Positions 27,616-41,470 of a stretch of DNA of 64,000 nucleotides are shown here, one piece after another (positions within the stretch are counted from its first letter, which is position 1; every line of letters begins with the position of its first letter). The translations under genes and the position numbers were made by a program. The stretch comes from Nemertoderma westbladi (taxonomy: Eukaryota > Animalia > Xenacoelomorpha): contig JAUCBJ010007751.1 of assembly GCA_032718475.1 (NCBI GenBank), positions 9,156 to 73,155 of the forward strand. The letters are read 5' to 3'. Under the pieces are notes generated by a model that was not told the origin of the DNA, did not search any database, and worked only from the letters and a program-made list of their open reading frames with translations.

Positions 27616-28143
27616 GGGGGGGGGGGGGGGTACCCCCTCAGGAGATTTGTTTTTAACAGCTCTAACTTCGTGTTGCAGGTCAATATCACTGATGTGGTGT
27701 TCAGCCAACATGGGGAAGGCCAAAGAGCAACAAAAATTGAAATTTTAAATTTTTTTGTGTCCCTCTAGTCTAGTCTACTAGTCGCTTAATATTTATACAA
27801 ATTTTTGAAACCAACATTTTTTGGACTCAGCACCTTCGAATCTACAAAAATTATCCAGACGATTTTATAAATTATTAATTTTTAAATTAATTAATTAAAA
27901 TTAATAAAATCAATTAAATTTCAAAAAAAATTGAAAGAAAAGTTTCCAAAAAGTGCTGGAAAATTTTTCAAGATGTCCAGAAAACCTTTCAAACGAGTCA
28001 TAAATTATCGAATTTGGGTGTAAAACGGCGGAGGAGTAGTATTTTGAAAAATTGAAATATCGTGAAATGTAATTCCGAGATAATTTGCTTTCAAGTTTGA
28101 ACCTTCCCGCTCAAACCTGACTGTCTGTAGTCTGTTAATCGGT

Positions 28144-29535
28144 CAGTTCCCAAGAAGGGCAACCTAACACTCTATGGTTCTTTTCGGGGAATCTCATTGA
28201 TCTCGATTGCTGCAAAGCTATACAATAGAATTCTATTAAATCGCATCAGGGATCCCATTGAGAGACTGCTCCTTGGAAATCAGAATGGGTTCCGTAAAGG
28301 TCGTGGGACAATGGAGCCCATTTTGGCACTTATAAGGATAATTGAAGAGTTATCAAAAAAGAAAGACATACTGGCTGTTATCTTTGTTGACTTCTTCAAG
28401 GCCTTTGATTCAGTTTCTCGCTCACGTATGTTAAGCATACTTTCATTATATGGGATTCCTGATGAAATTATTGCAGCAATCAGATCAGTATACGATGGTT
28501 CGACAACATTTGTGTCTACTGTTGACGGTGACACAGAACCATTTGAAGTGTTATGGGGCGTCCTCCAGGGAGACACACTTGCACCATTCTTGTTCATAAT
28601 TGTGGTTGACTATGTTCTACGCATGTCCTTAGATCATTATAATGATGATGGGGTGTTGATAACTACACCTACTGGCTCCAGAAGTCGAGGAAATCCTGCC
28701 AAGTACCTCACTGATCTAGACTTTGCTGATGACTTAGGAGTACTCTCAGAATCACTAGAGGGAGCCCAACGGCTCCTCAGCTCATTAGAACATGCTGCTT
28801 CTAGTGTTGGTCTTTTTATTAACTCCAGAAAGACCAAAATTTTGACAGTTAACTTTGAAAGTCCTCAGCAAGTCTCTGATCGGATGAGCATAAGCTCAAA
28901 AGATGGTATGCTTGAGCATGTGGATGACTTCTGTTACCTGGGATCATGGATCCGGAAGTCAGGTGAGGACCTTCGAATACGTAAGGGAAAGGCATGGGCA
29001 GCCTTGAATAGGCTCTCCAAGATTTGGAAGTCAACGAGAATTAATCGGAAACTTAAGGTCCGATTATTTAGAGCAGCAGTAGTTCCAGTACTCCTCTATG
29101 GGAGTCCATGCTGGGCTCTAACTGCTGAGGACACCAAATCTCTGGATGGCACATTCACAAGAATGCTACGCCGGGTTCATTGTGTCAAGTACAATGCACA
29201 CATCTCCAACCAGACACTATATAACATTGGAGGTGTCTCATTGGTTCCCCCAAGCTTGACACTAGAACAAAATCGCCTCCGCTTTGCAGGACATTGCTTT
29301 CGCCGTGAGGACCAGCCAGTGCATAATCGTGTACTTTGGCAGCCTCATGGAGTGAATAAGCATGGTGGACAGCCCATGACTTTCTTGAGACGCATCTTAA
29401 AGGTAGATGGCATCTTGTAGATGCGGATGATCTAGCAAATGTCATGGGTGATACAGAGTTGTGGCGGTGCAATTTTGTCGATAAGCCGGCACAGCATTCT
29501 TAAAAATGCAGCTGCAATGCAGCATGCCGATCCTG
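28144..29535 (+). mobile_element. 5'-truncated RTE-clade LINE (RT)
   Basis: QNGFRKGR, FVDFFKAFDSV, GVLQGDTLAPFLF, DFADDL, YLGS; near-identical to 48757-50273. Confidence 0.92.
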
Positions 29536-29539
29536 GTAG

Positions 29540-29990
29540 AGAACCGTTATGTGTAGCTGGACTGCGGCGGAAGTAATGGATTATTACAAAATAAATTCTA
29601 CTCCAGTTTATGGCTGTTTGTTAGACGTAGTCGAATGGAAGAAGCTATTCATAGAGCGAATTAGAAAAGGTTTTCGTGGTGCATTTTTAGGTGACTTTTG
29701 TATATTGCGAGCAATCCTGTTGTGTTCATTGAGGTCACGGTTCCTTTTTCTGTAAGAACCGGAGTTAGACAAGGGTCGGTTTGTTCACCGTTACTTTGTT
29801 TTGTATTGTGCTAGGCGTTTTAATTATTAGATAGCTGATAGCTGATAGCTAGGTAGCTGGTGTAGGATGTTCGCGATAGGGCCTCTATTTTATAGTTGCC
29901 TTGCCTACGCCGATGATGTGATCTTACTAACTATGCCCTAGTATCGTGGGACTTCAGTATATGATAAAGATTTGCAAGACATTCTGTATG
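29540..29990 (+). mobile_element. Decayed LINE RT fragment
   Basis: GVRQGSVCSPLL and CLAYADDVILL motifs in broken frames. Confidence 0.6.
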
Positions 29991-30011
29991 AGTGTATAGA
30001 TTTTAAATACC

Positions 30012-33000
30012 GGTACTATAGGACAAGGGAACGAGGTACTATAGGACAAGGGAACGAGGTACTATAGGACAAGGGAACGAGGTACTATAGGATAAGGGAA
30101 CGAGGTACTATATGACAAGGGAACGAGGTACTATAGAACAAGGGAACGACGTACTATAGGACAAGGGAACGACGTACTATAGGACAAGGGAACGACGTAC
30201 TATAGGACAACGGAACGAGGTAATATAGGACAAGGGAACGAGGTACTATAAGACAAGGGAACGAGGTACTATAGGACAAGGGAACGAGGTATTATAGGAC
30301 AAGGGAACGAGGTACTATAGGATAAGGGAACGAGGTACTATATGACAAGGGAACGAGGTACTATAGAACAAGGGAACGACGTACTATAGGACAAGGGAAA
30401 GACGTACTATAGGACAACGGAACGAGGTACTATAGGACAAGGGAACGAGGTACTATAGGACAAGGGAACGAGGTACTATAGGATAAGGGAACGAGGTACT
30501 ATAGGACAAGGGAACGACGTACTATAGGACAACGGAACGAGGTACTATAGGACAAGGGAACGAGGTACTATAGGACAACGGAACGAGGTACTATAGGACA
30601 AGGGAACGAGGTACTATAGGACAAGGGAACGAGGTACTATAGGACAAGGGAACGAGGTACTATAGGACAAGGGAACGAGGTACTATAGGACAAGGGAACG
30701 AGGTACTATAGGACAAGGGAACGAGGTACTATAGGACAACGGAACGAGGTACTATAGGACAAGGGAACGAGGTACTATAGGACAAGGGAACGACGTACTA
30801 TAGGACAAGGGAAAGAGGTACTATGGGACAAGGGAACGAGGTACTATAGGACAAGGGAACGAGGTACTATAGGACAAGGGAACGACGTACTATAGGACAA
30901 GGGAACGAGGTACTATAGGACAAGGGAACGAGGTACTATAGGACAAGGGGACGACGTACTATAGGACAACGGAACGAGGTACTATAGGACAAGGGAACGA
31001 GGTACTATAGGACAACGGAACGAGGTACTATAGGACAAGGGAACGACGTACTATAGGACAAGGGAACGAGGTACTATAGGACAAGGGAACGAGGTACTAT
31101 AGGACAAGGGAACGAGGTACTATAGGACAAGGGAACGACGTACTATAGGACAAGGGAACGACGTACTATAGGACAAGGGAACGAGGTACTATAGGACAAG
31201 GGAACGAGGTACTATAGGACAACGGAACGAGGTACTATAGGACAAGGGAACGAGGTACTATAGGACAAGGGAACGAGGTACTATAGGACAAGGGAACGAG
31301 GTACTATAGGACAAGGGAACGAGGTACTATAGGACAAGGGAACGAGGTACTATAGGACAAGGGAACGAGGTACTATAGGACAAGGGAACGAGGTACTATA
31401 GGACAACGGAACGAGGTACTATAGGACAAGGGAACGAGGTACTATAGGACAAGGGAACGAGGTACTATGGGACAAGGGAACGAGGTACTATAGGACAAGG
31501 GAACGAGGTACTATAGGACAACGGAACGAGGTACTATAGGACAAGGGAACGAGGTACTATAGGACAAGGGAACGAGGTACTATAGGACAACGGAACGAGG
31601 TACTATAGGACAAGGGAACGAGGTACTATAGGACAAGGGAACGAGGTACTATAGGACAAGGGAACGAGGTACTATAGGACAAGGGAACGAGGTACTATAG
31701 GACAAGGGAACGAGGTACTATAGGACAAGGGAACGAGGTACTATAGGACAAGGGAACGAGGTACTATAGGACAAGGGAACGAGGTACTATAGGACAAGGG
31801 AACGAGGTACTATAGGACAAGGGAACGAGGTACTATAGGACAAGGGAACGAGGTACTATAGGACAAGGGAACGAGGTACTATAGGACAAGGGAACGAGGT
31901 ACTATAGGACAAGGGAACGAGGTACTATAGGACAAGGGAACGAGGTACTATAGGACAAGGGAACGAGGTACTATAGGACAAGGGAACGAGGTACTATAGG
32001 ACAAGGGAACGAGGTACTATAGGACAAGGGAACGAGGTACTATAGGACAAGGGAACGACGTACTATAGGACAAGGGAACGAGGTACTATAGGACAAGGGA
32101 ACGAGGTAGTATAGGACACGGGAACGAGGTACTATAGGACAAGGGAACGAGGTAGTATAGGACACGGGAACGAGGTACTATAGGACAACGGAACGAGGTA
32201 GTATAGGACACGGGAACGAGGTACTATAGGACAAGGGAACGAGGTACTATAGGACAAGGGAACGAGGTACTATAGGACAAGGGAACGAGGTACTATAGGA
32301 CAAGGGAACGAGGTACTATAGGACAAGGGAACGAGGTACTATAGGACAAGGGAACGAGGTACTATAGGACAAGGGAACGAGGTAGTATAGGACACGGGAA
32401 CGAGGTACTATAGGACAAGGGAACGAGGTACTATAGGACAAGGGAACGAGGTACTATAGGACAACGGAACGAGGTACTATAGGACAAGGGAACGACGTAC
32501 TATAGGACAAGGGAACGAGGTACTATAGGACAAGGGAACGAGGTACTATAGGACAAGGGAACGAGGTACTATAGGACAAGGGAACGAGGTACTATAGGAC
32601 AAGGGAACGAGGTACTATAGGACAAGGGAACGAGGTACTATAGGACAAGGGAACGAGGTACTATAGGACAAGGGAACGAGGTACTATAGGACAAGGGAAC
32701 GAGGTACTATAGGACAAGGGAACGAGGTACTATAGGACAAGGGAACGAGGTACTATATGACAAGGGAACGAGGTACTATAGGACAAGGGAACGACGTACT
32801 ATAGGACAAGGGAACGACGTACTATAGGACAAGGGAACGACGTACTATAGGACAACGGAACGAGGTACTATAGGACAAGGGAACGAGGTACTATAGGACA
32901 AGGGAACGAGGTATTATAGGACAAGGCAACGAGGTACTATAGGGCAAGGGAACGACGTACTATAGGACAACGGAACGACGTACTATAGGACAAGGGAACG

Positions 33001-35266
33001 ACGTACTATAGGACAAGGGAACGACGTACTATAGGACAACGGAACGAGGTACTATAGGACAAGGGAACGACGTACTATAGGACAAGGGAACGACGTACTA
33101 TAGGACAAGGGAACGAGGTACTATAGGACAAGGGAACGAGGTACTATAGGACAAGGGAACGAGGTACTATAGGACAAGGGAACGAGGTACTATAGGACAA
33201 GGGAACGAGGTACTATAGGATAAGGGAACGAGGTACTATATGACAAGGGAACGAGGTACTATAGAACAAGGGAACGACGTACTATAGGACAAGGGAACGA
33301 CGTACTATAGGACAAGGGAACGACGTACTATAGGACAAGGGAACGACGTACTATAGGACAACGGAACGAGGTACTATAGGACAAGGGAACGAGGTACTAT
33401 AGGACAAGGGAACGAGGTATTATAGGACAAGGCAACGAGGTACTATAGGACAAGGGAACGAGGTACTATAGGACAAGGGAACGAGGTACTATAGGACAAG
33501 GGAACGAGGTACTATAGGACAAGGGAACGAGGTACTATAGGACAAGGGAACGAGGTACTATAGGACAAGGGAACGAGGTACTATAGGACAAGGGAACGAG
33601 GTACTATAGGACAACGGAACGAGGTACTATAGGACAAGGGAACGAGGTACTATAGGGCAAGGGAACGAGGTACTATAGGACAAGGGAACGAGGTACTATA
33701 GGACAAGGGAACGAGGTACTATAGGACAAGGGAACGAGGTACTATAGGACAAGGGAACGAGGTACTATAGGACAAGGGAACGAGGTACTATAGGACAAGG
33801 GAACGAGGTATTATAGGACAAGGGAACGAGGTACTATAGGATAAGGGAACGAGGTACTATATGACAAGGGAACGAGGTACTATAGAACAAGGGAACGACG
33901 TACTATAGGACAAGGGAACGACGTACTATAGGACAACGGAACGAGGTACTACAGGACAAGGGAACGAGGTACTATAGGACAAGGGAACGAGGTACTATAG
34001 GATAAGGGAACGAGGTACTATAGGACAAGGGAACGACGTACTATAGGACAACGGAACGAGGTACTATAGGACAAGGGAACGAGGTACTATAGGACAACGG
34101 AACGAGGTACTATAGGACAAGGGAACGAGGTACTATGGGACAAGGGAACGAGGTACTATAGGACAAGGGAAAGAGGTACTATAGGACAACGGAACGAGGT
34201 ACTATAGGACAAGGGAACGAGGTACTATAGGACAAGGGAACGAGGTACTATATGACAAGGGAACGAGGTACTATAGGACAAGGGAACGACGTACTATAGG
34301 ACAAGGGAACGACGTACTATAGGACAAGGGAACGACGTACTATAGGACAAGGGAACGAGGTACTATAGGACAACGGAACGAGGTACTATAGGACAAGGGA
34401 ACGAGGTACTATAGGACAACGGAACGAGGTACTATAGGACAACGGAACGAGGTACTATAGGACAAGGGAACGAGGTACTATAGGACAAGGGAACGAGGTA
34501 CTATAGGACACGGGAACGAGGTACTATAGGACAAGGGAACGAGGTACTATAGGACAAGGGAACGAGGTACTATAGGACAAGGGAACGACGTACTATAGGA
34601 CAAGGGAACGACGTACTATAGGACAAGGGGACGAGGTACTATAGGACACGGGAACGAGGTACTATAGGACAAGGGAACGAGGTACTATAGGACAAGGGAA
34701 CGACGTACTATAGGACAAGGGGACGAGGTACTATAGGACAAGGGAACGAGGTACTATAGGACAAGGGAACGACGTACTATAGGACAAGGGGACGAGGTAC
34801 TATAGGACACGGGAACGAGGTACTATAGGACAACGGAACGAGGTACTATAGGACAAGGGAACGAGGTACTATAGGACAAGGGAACGAGGTACTATAGGAC
34901 AAGGGAACGAGGTACTATAGGATAAGGGAACGAGGTACTATATGACAAGGGAACGAGGTACTATATGACACGGGAACGAGGTAGTATAGGACACGGGAAC
35001 GAGGTACTATAGGACAAGGGAACGAGGTACTATAGGACAAGGGAACGAGGTACTATAGGACAACGGAACGAGGTAGTATAGGACACGGGAACGAGGTACT
35101 ATAGGACAAGGGAACGAGGTACTATAGGACAAGGGAACGAGGTACTATAGGACAAGGGAACGAGGTACTATAGGATAAGGGAACGAGGTACTATATGACA
35201 AGGGAACGAGGTACTATAGAACAAGGGAACGACGTACTATAGGACAAGGGAACGAGGTACTATAGG
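30012..35266. repeat. 23-bp satellite (GGTACTATAGGACAAGGGAACGA), ~228 copies
   Basis: Period 30012->30035; homogeneous with recurring variants. Confidence 0.98.
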
Positions 35267-35636
35267 TATTTAACATATCTGAAATATGGAAATTATGAGA
35301 ATTGGTTTAAATTTTCTTTTTCATATCCTTAGGTATTTGTACTGTGCAATTTTTTTTGTTCATGTACGAAAATAATAATAATAAAGGTGCGCAGCAAAGA
35401 GGGGGAATAATGCAAGGGAAAATAAAAATTATCAGACACCCAAAGCGAATCCGCGTAAAAGGCAGCTCGGCACCAGGTAGTGGCGTTAAACCGTATCCAT
35501 ATACGGAATGGGGATAGCTCGATGAAACTCAGTGAGACTTTATATAACGTGCTAAACCTAAACATGGAGTGAGTCGGTACGCTAGTACTAGTAGTAAACT
35601 AGTAGTGAATGCCGCTACAATGAATATATAACTTAC

Positions 35637-35727
35637 CCGCCAATGTTGCTCCCGTCCAATGTATTTGTCTCCCTAGACGTCCCTTGTAAGACAGACTGGT
35701 CCAGGTTGGACTCATCCAAAGTGAAAT
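35637..35727 (-). CDS. Constant exon 3 of the multi-isoform DNA-binding protein gene
   Basis: Acceptor cgattttatcag| (phase 1), open frame DFTLDESNLDQSVLQGTSRETNTLDGSNIG, perfect donor GG|GTAAGT (phase 2). Confidence 0.8.
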
Positions 35728-36218
35728 CTGATAAAATCGATAAGAAAATAGTCAATAAGAGTAAATACAACGCGATACGGAACAAGTGAATTTCAATATT
35801 TGGTTCCGGTAGATATTCTCTGTTGAGATTCTGTCACATTCGGGATCCCCATATTGTTCTACAAATCTTTAACAATATTGTTTCATAGTGCTAAGTTATA
35901 GTTTTAGAGGATAAAGGTTAAGGGATAGGAGCAGGCTACAGTGGCACACGGCACGTTAGTCTAACCAAAACAATAAACGATAGCCAAAAGAACAGGTTAT
36001 ATTTAAATTCTTGACAAGACGACCCCTGATGGCCTGGCCCCTTTAGGACCAACGTGATAGAATATTTGGAATCCTCGGAACGCAAGCTTTCTAATGATAA
36101 TTAAATAACGACGAGTCAAGAATGGCGGCGAATAATCAGATCGCGAAGTCAACAGCAAATCTTTAAATACCGACACTATTCCGTTACTCTAGAACTACCT
36201 TAGTATATCACCGCTAAC

Positions 36219-36553
36219 CTTGAATGCCACTACTGTTCGGTAAATCTTGGTTTATTCCACTCAGACGAACTGCGGAATCGTTATAGACTGGATCCATCGT
36301 AGAGGAATCCAGGTCCTCACTCGGCGACATAAACTGTTCGACTCCCGTCTCTCCGCCAACGCAATCCATCGGGGATTCCGATTTAATCATGAGAACCTCG
36401 CCGGGTTGGGTTCCGAGTAGATTCCCTTCCAGTGGATTCGGATCACCTTTAGTCGGGTCGGGGGTCAGCTCCTCTTGGGTAGACACCATGGAGACGGACT
36501 GCTGGCGTCTCAGCTGTAAACTCGGCGTCTTTCGACCACGGTGTATACGGAAT
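36219..36553 (-). CDS. Constant exon 2 (acidic, low-complexity linker with IKSE motif)
   Basis: Acceptor ctattatcttctag| (phase 2), open frame FRIHRGRKTP...VLMIKSESP...SSGIQ, donor G|GTTAGC (phase 1). Confidence 0.8.
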
Positions 36554-37313
36554 CTAGAAGATAATAGAGTATAAAACCGATTTCGGACAATATTAGGCCT
36601 ATACAGGGTGTCTCTCGTAATTTTGGAATAACTCTGGTAAATAAACCAAAACTAATTGATTGTATGTTAATCGGAAGATGATCTCAATTTAAAGCTAAAT
36701 AATTCCAGAGATGCATATTGTTTTTGGCAGCCTTTCTCCAGGATATACTACCGGCACCTCATACATTACTTGGAATTATTTTAACTCTGTGGTGCCTTAT
36801 AGCATAGAGGAGTGCACATGCACACTTTTAACATACCGGTACTGTATAAAGCAATAATTACCTGATTACACGAACTATAACTAACCTACCAGACCAGTAT
36901 CCTATGAAGTTTAATGTTCATTTTAAGGTCTACCTATGTCATTATACTCAAATTCAATTAAATTCAACCAAATTATGTATGGAAATCATTAGAGTTCATT
37001 GGAGTCTAGGGAACTATAGAACAAGACCATACCGATAGAACCTGCTAATTAAAATATTGAAAATAACTAGGTATTAGTATAGGTAAAGGTACCGCACATT
37101 GTTAGGAATTATAATAAATGTTTCAGTTATCCGCGTAGCGGAAATCGTTTACCCGGCTTTGAGCTTTACCACGTCCCGCACTGCAGCATACCAATATGAT
37201 ATTATAAACAGTAACACAAACCTTAGTCAAGTTTTACTAACACCAAACATTAGGGCCTGGTGCCTGGCCTACTATATACTATAGACATAAACCACAAAAG
37301 TGAAATAGCTAAC

Positions 37314-37861
37314 CTCGATCTATTATGCATAGAGTATATATTTCGCGTGTTGGTTTGTCGACCAGCGGCACCGAATCTAAGATTAGGGGAGTTTCCCCCG
37401 GTAAGTGAAGGGCTCCTTAAGCGGGGATGGGAAAAGGCCAGATTGTCCGGGATTCCGGGATGTGAAGAATGGACTGGTGGGGGATCCAATGGAAACTCCT
37501 GGTCTTGGGACGTAAACGAAGTCGACATACCGGGATCGTCATTAAGGAAAGAATATGATTGGTCGTAATGTTCTTGCGATATTTGTTCATTGTGAATGAC
37601 CTCTCCGGATACATTAGTATCGGAATTACTCGCAATGTTCTCTGAGTCACTAGTCAACAATTTCTGTAGCCAGGATGTGATACGCCCGGCATTGCAACTG
37701 GATGTCACGTATTCATCGAGGAAGGCCGGGTCGTTATTAAGGTAATCCCTTAAAAAGCTACGCATAAACAAACCATTCTCTAGACAGAGGTTGATGAAAG
37801 ATGTCTTTGGGATCAAAAACGATGACTCAAAATCAAGAGTATCTGCATGCCCTTGTATCAT
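37314..37861 (-). CDS. Constant exon 1 (putative start; unknown N-terminal domain)
   Basis: ATG at 37861, 182-codon open frame, donor AG|GTTAGC (phase 2) in frame with exon 2. Confidence 0.7.
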
Positions 37862-39540
37862 GATTACAGCTTCAGTATCAGTATATATATATAGGTATAC
37901 ACTATACAGGTATACTGACTTATGCAGTTACAGTTATGTTGAATGCCGTCCGTGTGCCGTGAAAACTGTGAGGCTGGCAGGAGCAAGACTGCAAGAGCAG
38001 AAGATGGAAGAGGTAGGCATAAATCCACAGGTCAGGTGTTACTGTTAGGCTATACACCTACCGGTAGGCTAGCCTGCTAGCTGCCTAGACACTATACTGC
38101 TATATACAGTCAGACTGAACACCGGGTCAATTCGCCCCTCGACCTATTCGATACAAGTCTATTCGCCCCAGATGCCAGATTTCAGGAGTATAGTTTAATA
38201 GTTTAAAGGGTGATGAGGAAAGTATAGGCTGATAGGCCTATGGACTTGGGGCGAAAGGACTTTGACAGTTAACCGATTCACCCCAACTTTCAGACTTTAA
38301 GCAGTTAAGTCCGTAGGTATAAGTATATAAAGGACTTTATAAGGGACTTTATAAAGGACTTTATAAATATAAAGGACTTTATAAAGGACTTATACTGTTA
38401 TAAAAGGACTTTGTTATATATAAAGGACTTTGACAGTTAACCGATTCACCCCAACTTTCAGACTTTAAGCAGTTAAGTTCGTTCGCACCAGACAGCCAGG
38501 TGACTTTATTTAAGGGTCCTACGAATTACCCAAAAAAACACAATATTACCCAAAAAAAACACAAAAATACACAAAAAAACACAAAAAAATACAAAAAATT
38601 ACACAAAAAAAACACAAAAATACACTAAAAAACACAATATTACCCAAAAAAACTACCCAAAAAGACAAAAAAAAAATGTTTTTCATAAACAATGTACCGG
38701 TACCGCTACCGGTAGGGTAAGATACCCCTATTCCGGACATTGCAAATTCCGGACAACCGACTCAAATTCCGGACAAACCACTTATTCAACACAAATTATA
38801 CCACGAAAATTAAGAATTCTGCGGTTTTTCTGTAACCTGTCTTCTGGTCTGTCTGTATTGCATTGCGTTACTTTTATTACTGAATTGAGTAGTAGATTAT
38901 TCCTAAATGTATAAAGGGCCCTCAGAATAGGATAGTCAGTTACATAAGGCCTGACTTTTGCTATACAGCTATTGCTATGCTATACACCATGTCCCGTAAT
39001 ATAGTGTCATTTTCTGATGACCCCCCCCCCCCCCCAGATTATTCTACAAATCTTTATTATATTGCTTGAAATTTGACACACCACTAGTTCCACTCACCCT
39101 CGATTAACCCCATGAAACAGGAATTTTCGATTTTGTCTTTAAATTTTTTTTATAAGCGTTTTAAAAAAGTGTCTTTTGCGAAATCGCACCCTCCGTATCG
39201 TGGACATTCTTCACATTAGTCGTAATTTTTTTAATATAATTAGAAAGCTTGCCTTGCAAGGATTCGAAATATGTAACAATATCTAAATTTCGTTGAGAAA
39301 CAACTGAGATATAGGAGTTCAAAGATTGCAAGAATTATCGTTCGCTGGAGGCGGAGGCCATTTATTCAATGTAATAAATACACAATGTTCTGGAACATTT
39401 CTACGCAATATATATATATTGTAGGGCTCGATCGGAGTTGGGATTTGGCCGGAGCCGGAGCCGGAGTTGGACAATTTGGCCGGAGCCGGAGCAGGAGCCG
39501 GAGTTTTTCAAAAATTTTAAAAATTTAATTATTTATTTAA

Positions 39541-40608
39541 CCCTGCCCCGGTATGGTAAAAAATTATCCTTCACCGGTAACATGGGGTATTTTTATACCC
39601 CAAATTGATAAGACATTTTAAGTAACATTAAACAGAAAAACACTTGCAATCCCCCTCCCAGAATTTGCCAAATGGTGAAAAAATAAGTTGTGAATTTTTT
39701 TTTTCAATTTGGTTGAAGTCTACCCAACGCTCAATGCCACAAAAGTTATCCCACTACAATCGCGATCATCGTTAACGTCGCGATGGGGCGTTTTGCAACA
39801 AGATACTATCATAGCGAAGCATTAGCTGTGAGAGTGTTTCTCATTTTAGGTTTTTTAGTGGTGTTATGGGTCAAGTACACCCTGAAGTATACCATTGCAG
39901 TTCCAATAAGCATAAAATGAGTCAAATACCGCCACTAAAAGTCAACAAAGTGATATATATATACAGATATATCACCTCGCAATAGCACAAGATCTTGAAT
40001 TGTAATATGAAATATACACCATGACTGCAAAAGTACTGATGATTTGGTCATAATATGTGATTATTGTCCAACTAAATTACACATTGCAGTTTCAATGAAC
40101 CCAAAATGAGACCCAAAAGGCCAGAACACCTCTAAGAAAGCCTACACAATAAGAATTATTCACATATACTTAGCAATCTATCGCATCGCGATTAGGCCGA
40201 AGTCTTGGCTTGTGAAATACAGGCCATACACAATACAGTAGCTTCATAATACTGATAATTTGGTCTTAAAAGACAAAGTTAAAACATGCCTCTAGCTGTC
40301 TAGTACAACTAAATCGACCATTGTGGTTCCAATGAAACCAAAATGAGTCACAAAGCACCACTAAACGAGCACCATAACGTTATGGGGTATTTTTATACCC
40401 CATCTTACCTAACTAAGTTGTTTTCAAATTAAGGGCCCATAACATTTTTCATAAACAAAATTTTATGGGTTTGACCCCCACAATTGTTAGATTACAAGTT
40501 TTTTGGAAGATACTATGAAGTTGGACATACATAATATGAGAGATTTTCGAAAAATATCAAAAGTAATCCCCTTGGGGTATTATTTTACCCCACGTTACCG
40601 GGGGAGGG
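39541..40608. mobile_element. Non-autonomous piggyBac-like element
   Basis: TTAA|CCCTGCCCCGGTA ... TACCGGGGGAGGG|TTAA, with subterminal GGGGTAT..TACCCC palindromes. Confidence 0.75.
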
Positions 40609-41470
40609 TTAAAAAAAATAAAGTATGGTTATCGTTCACCAATCGCTCATAATCAATCATACTGCTGTACTGTAGGTCTAATTAATTTCATAATTTATAG
40701 ATTTACGAATTTTCAATTTAAAATTTAAGTAGGCCTAATTAATTTATCATGGACAGACGGCCTGACGCTGACGGCGACGGCCTGATGCTGACGGCGACGG
40801 CCTGACGCTGACGGCTAAAAATTACCTACAGTACCTTCCTCGCTAACTGTCTAACTGTGGTAGAGGTGTGTACTGTAGGTCTGTAGGTAGCCTACCGTAC
40901 GTGTACCAGTACTGCAGTAGGCCTACAGTATGCTGGCATGACAGCAGTAAATGGCTGCAGTGGTAGGCCTACAGTCTGACAGTGTACAATCATAGCATTT
41001 ACAATTTTTTAAAGTAGGGCCTATCTGTAATAGTCCTCTAGTCAGCCAGCTGGCCAGTACCAGTACTGCCTGACTGCAGTACAGTCAGTCAGTCATTGAC
41101 TTTAAGTAAATACTGCAGTATTATCAGATTATATTTGATATTGAAGCTGTACTACAGTAGGCTAATTATAGTGTTAAATAATTGTTCAGATTAGAATATG
41201 CACGAATTATAATACTTTATTAAAAAATTAACTCCGGCAATATTTTTACCGGAGCCGGAGTAGGAGCCGGATATATCTGTAGCGACCCTAAAAGAGTAAA
41301 GGTTGTCTGTGAGGTGAATAAGCCTGCTAATCGTCAGACTGCAGGTCCCAGTAGAGAGAATACCACCATCCTGGCTTGTGGTGATGCAACTGGGAAATTG
41401 ATGGCTCCAATGATACTATTCCAAGGCAGAGTTTTTGGACCAGTTGGATCCCTGAGCAATCCAAGTTATA

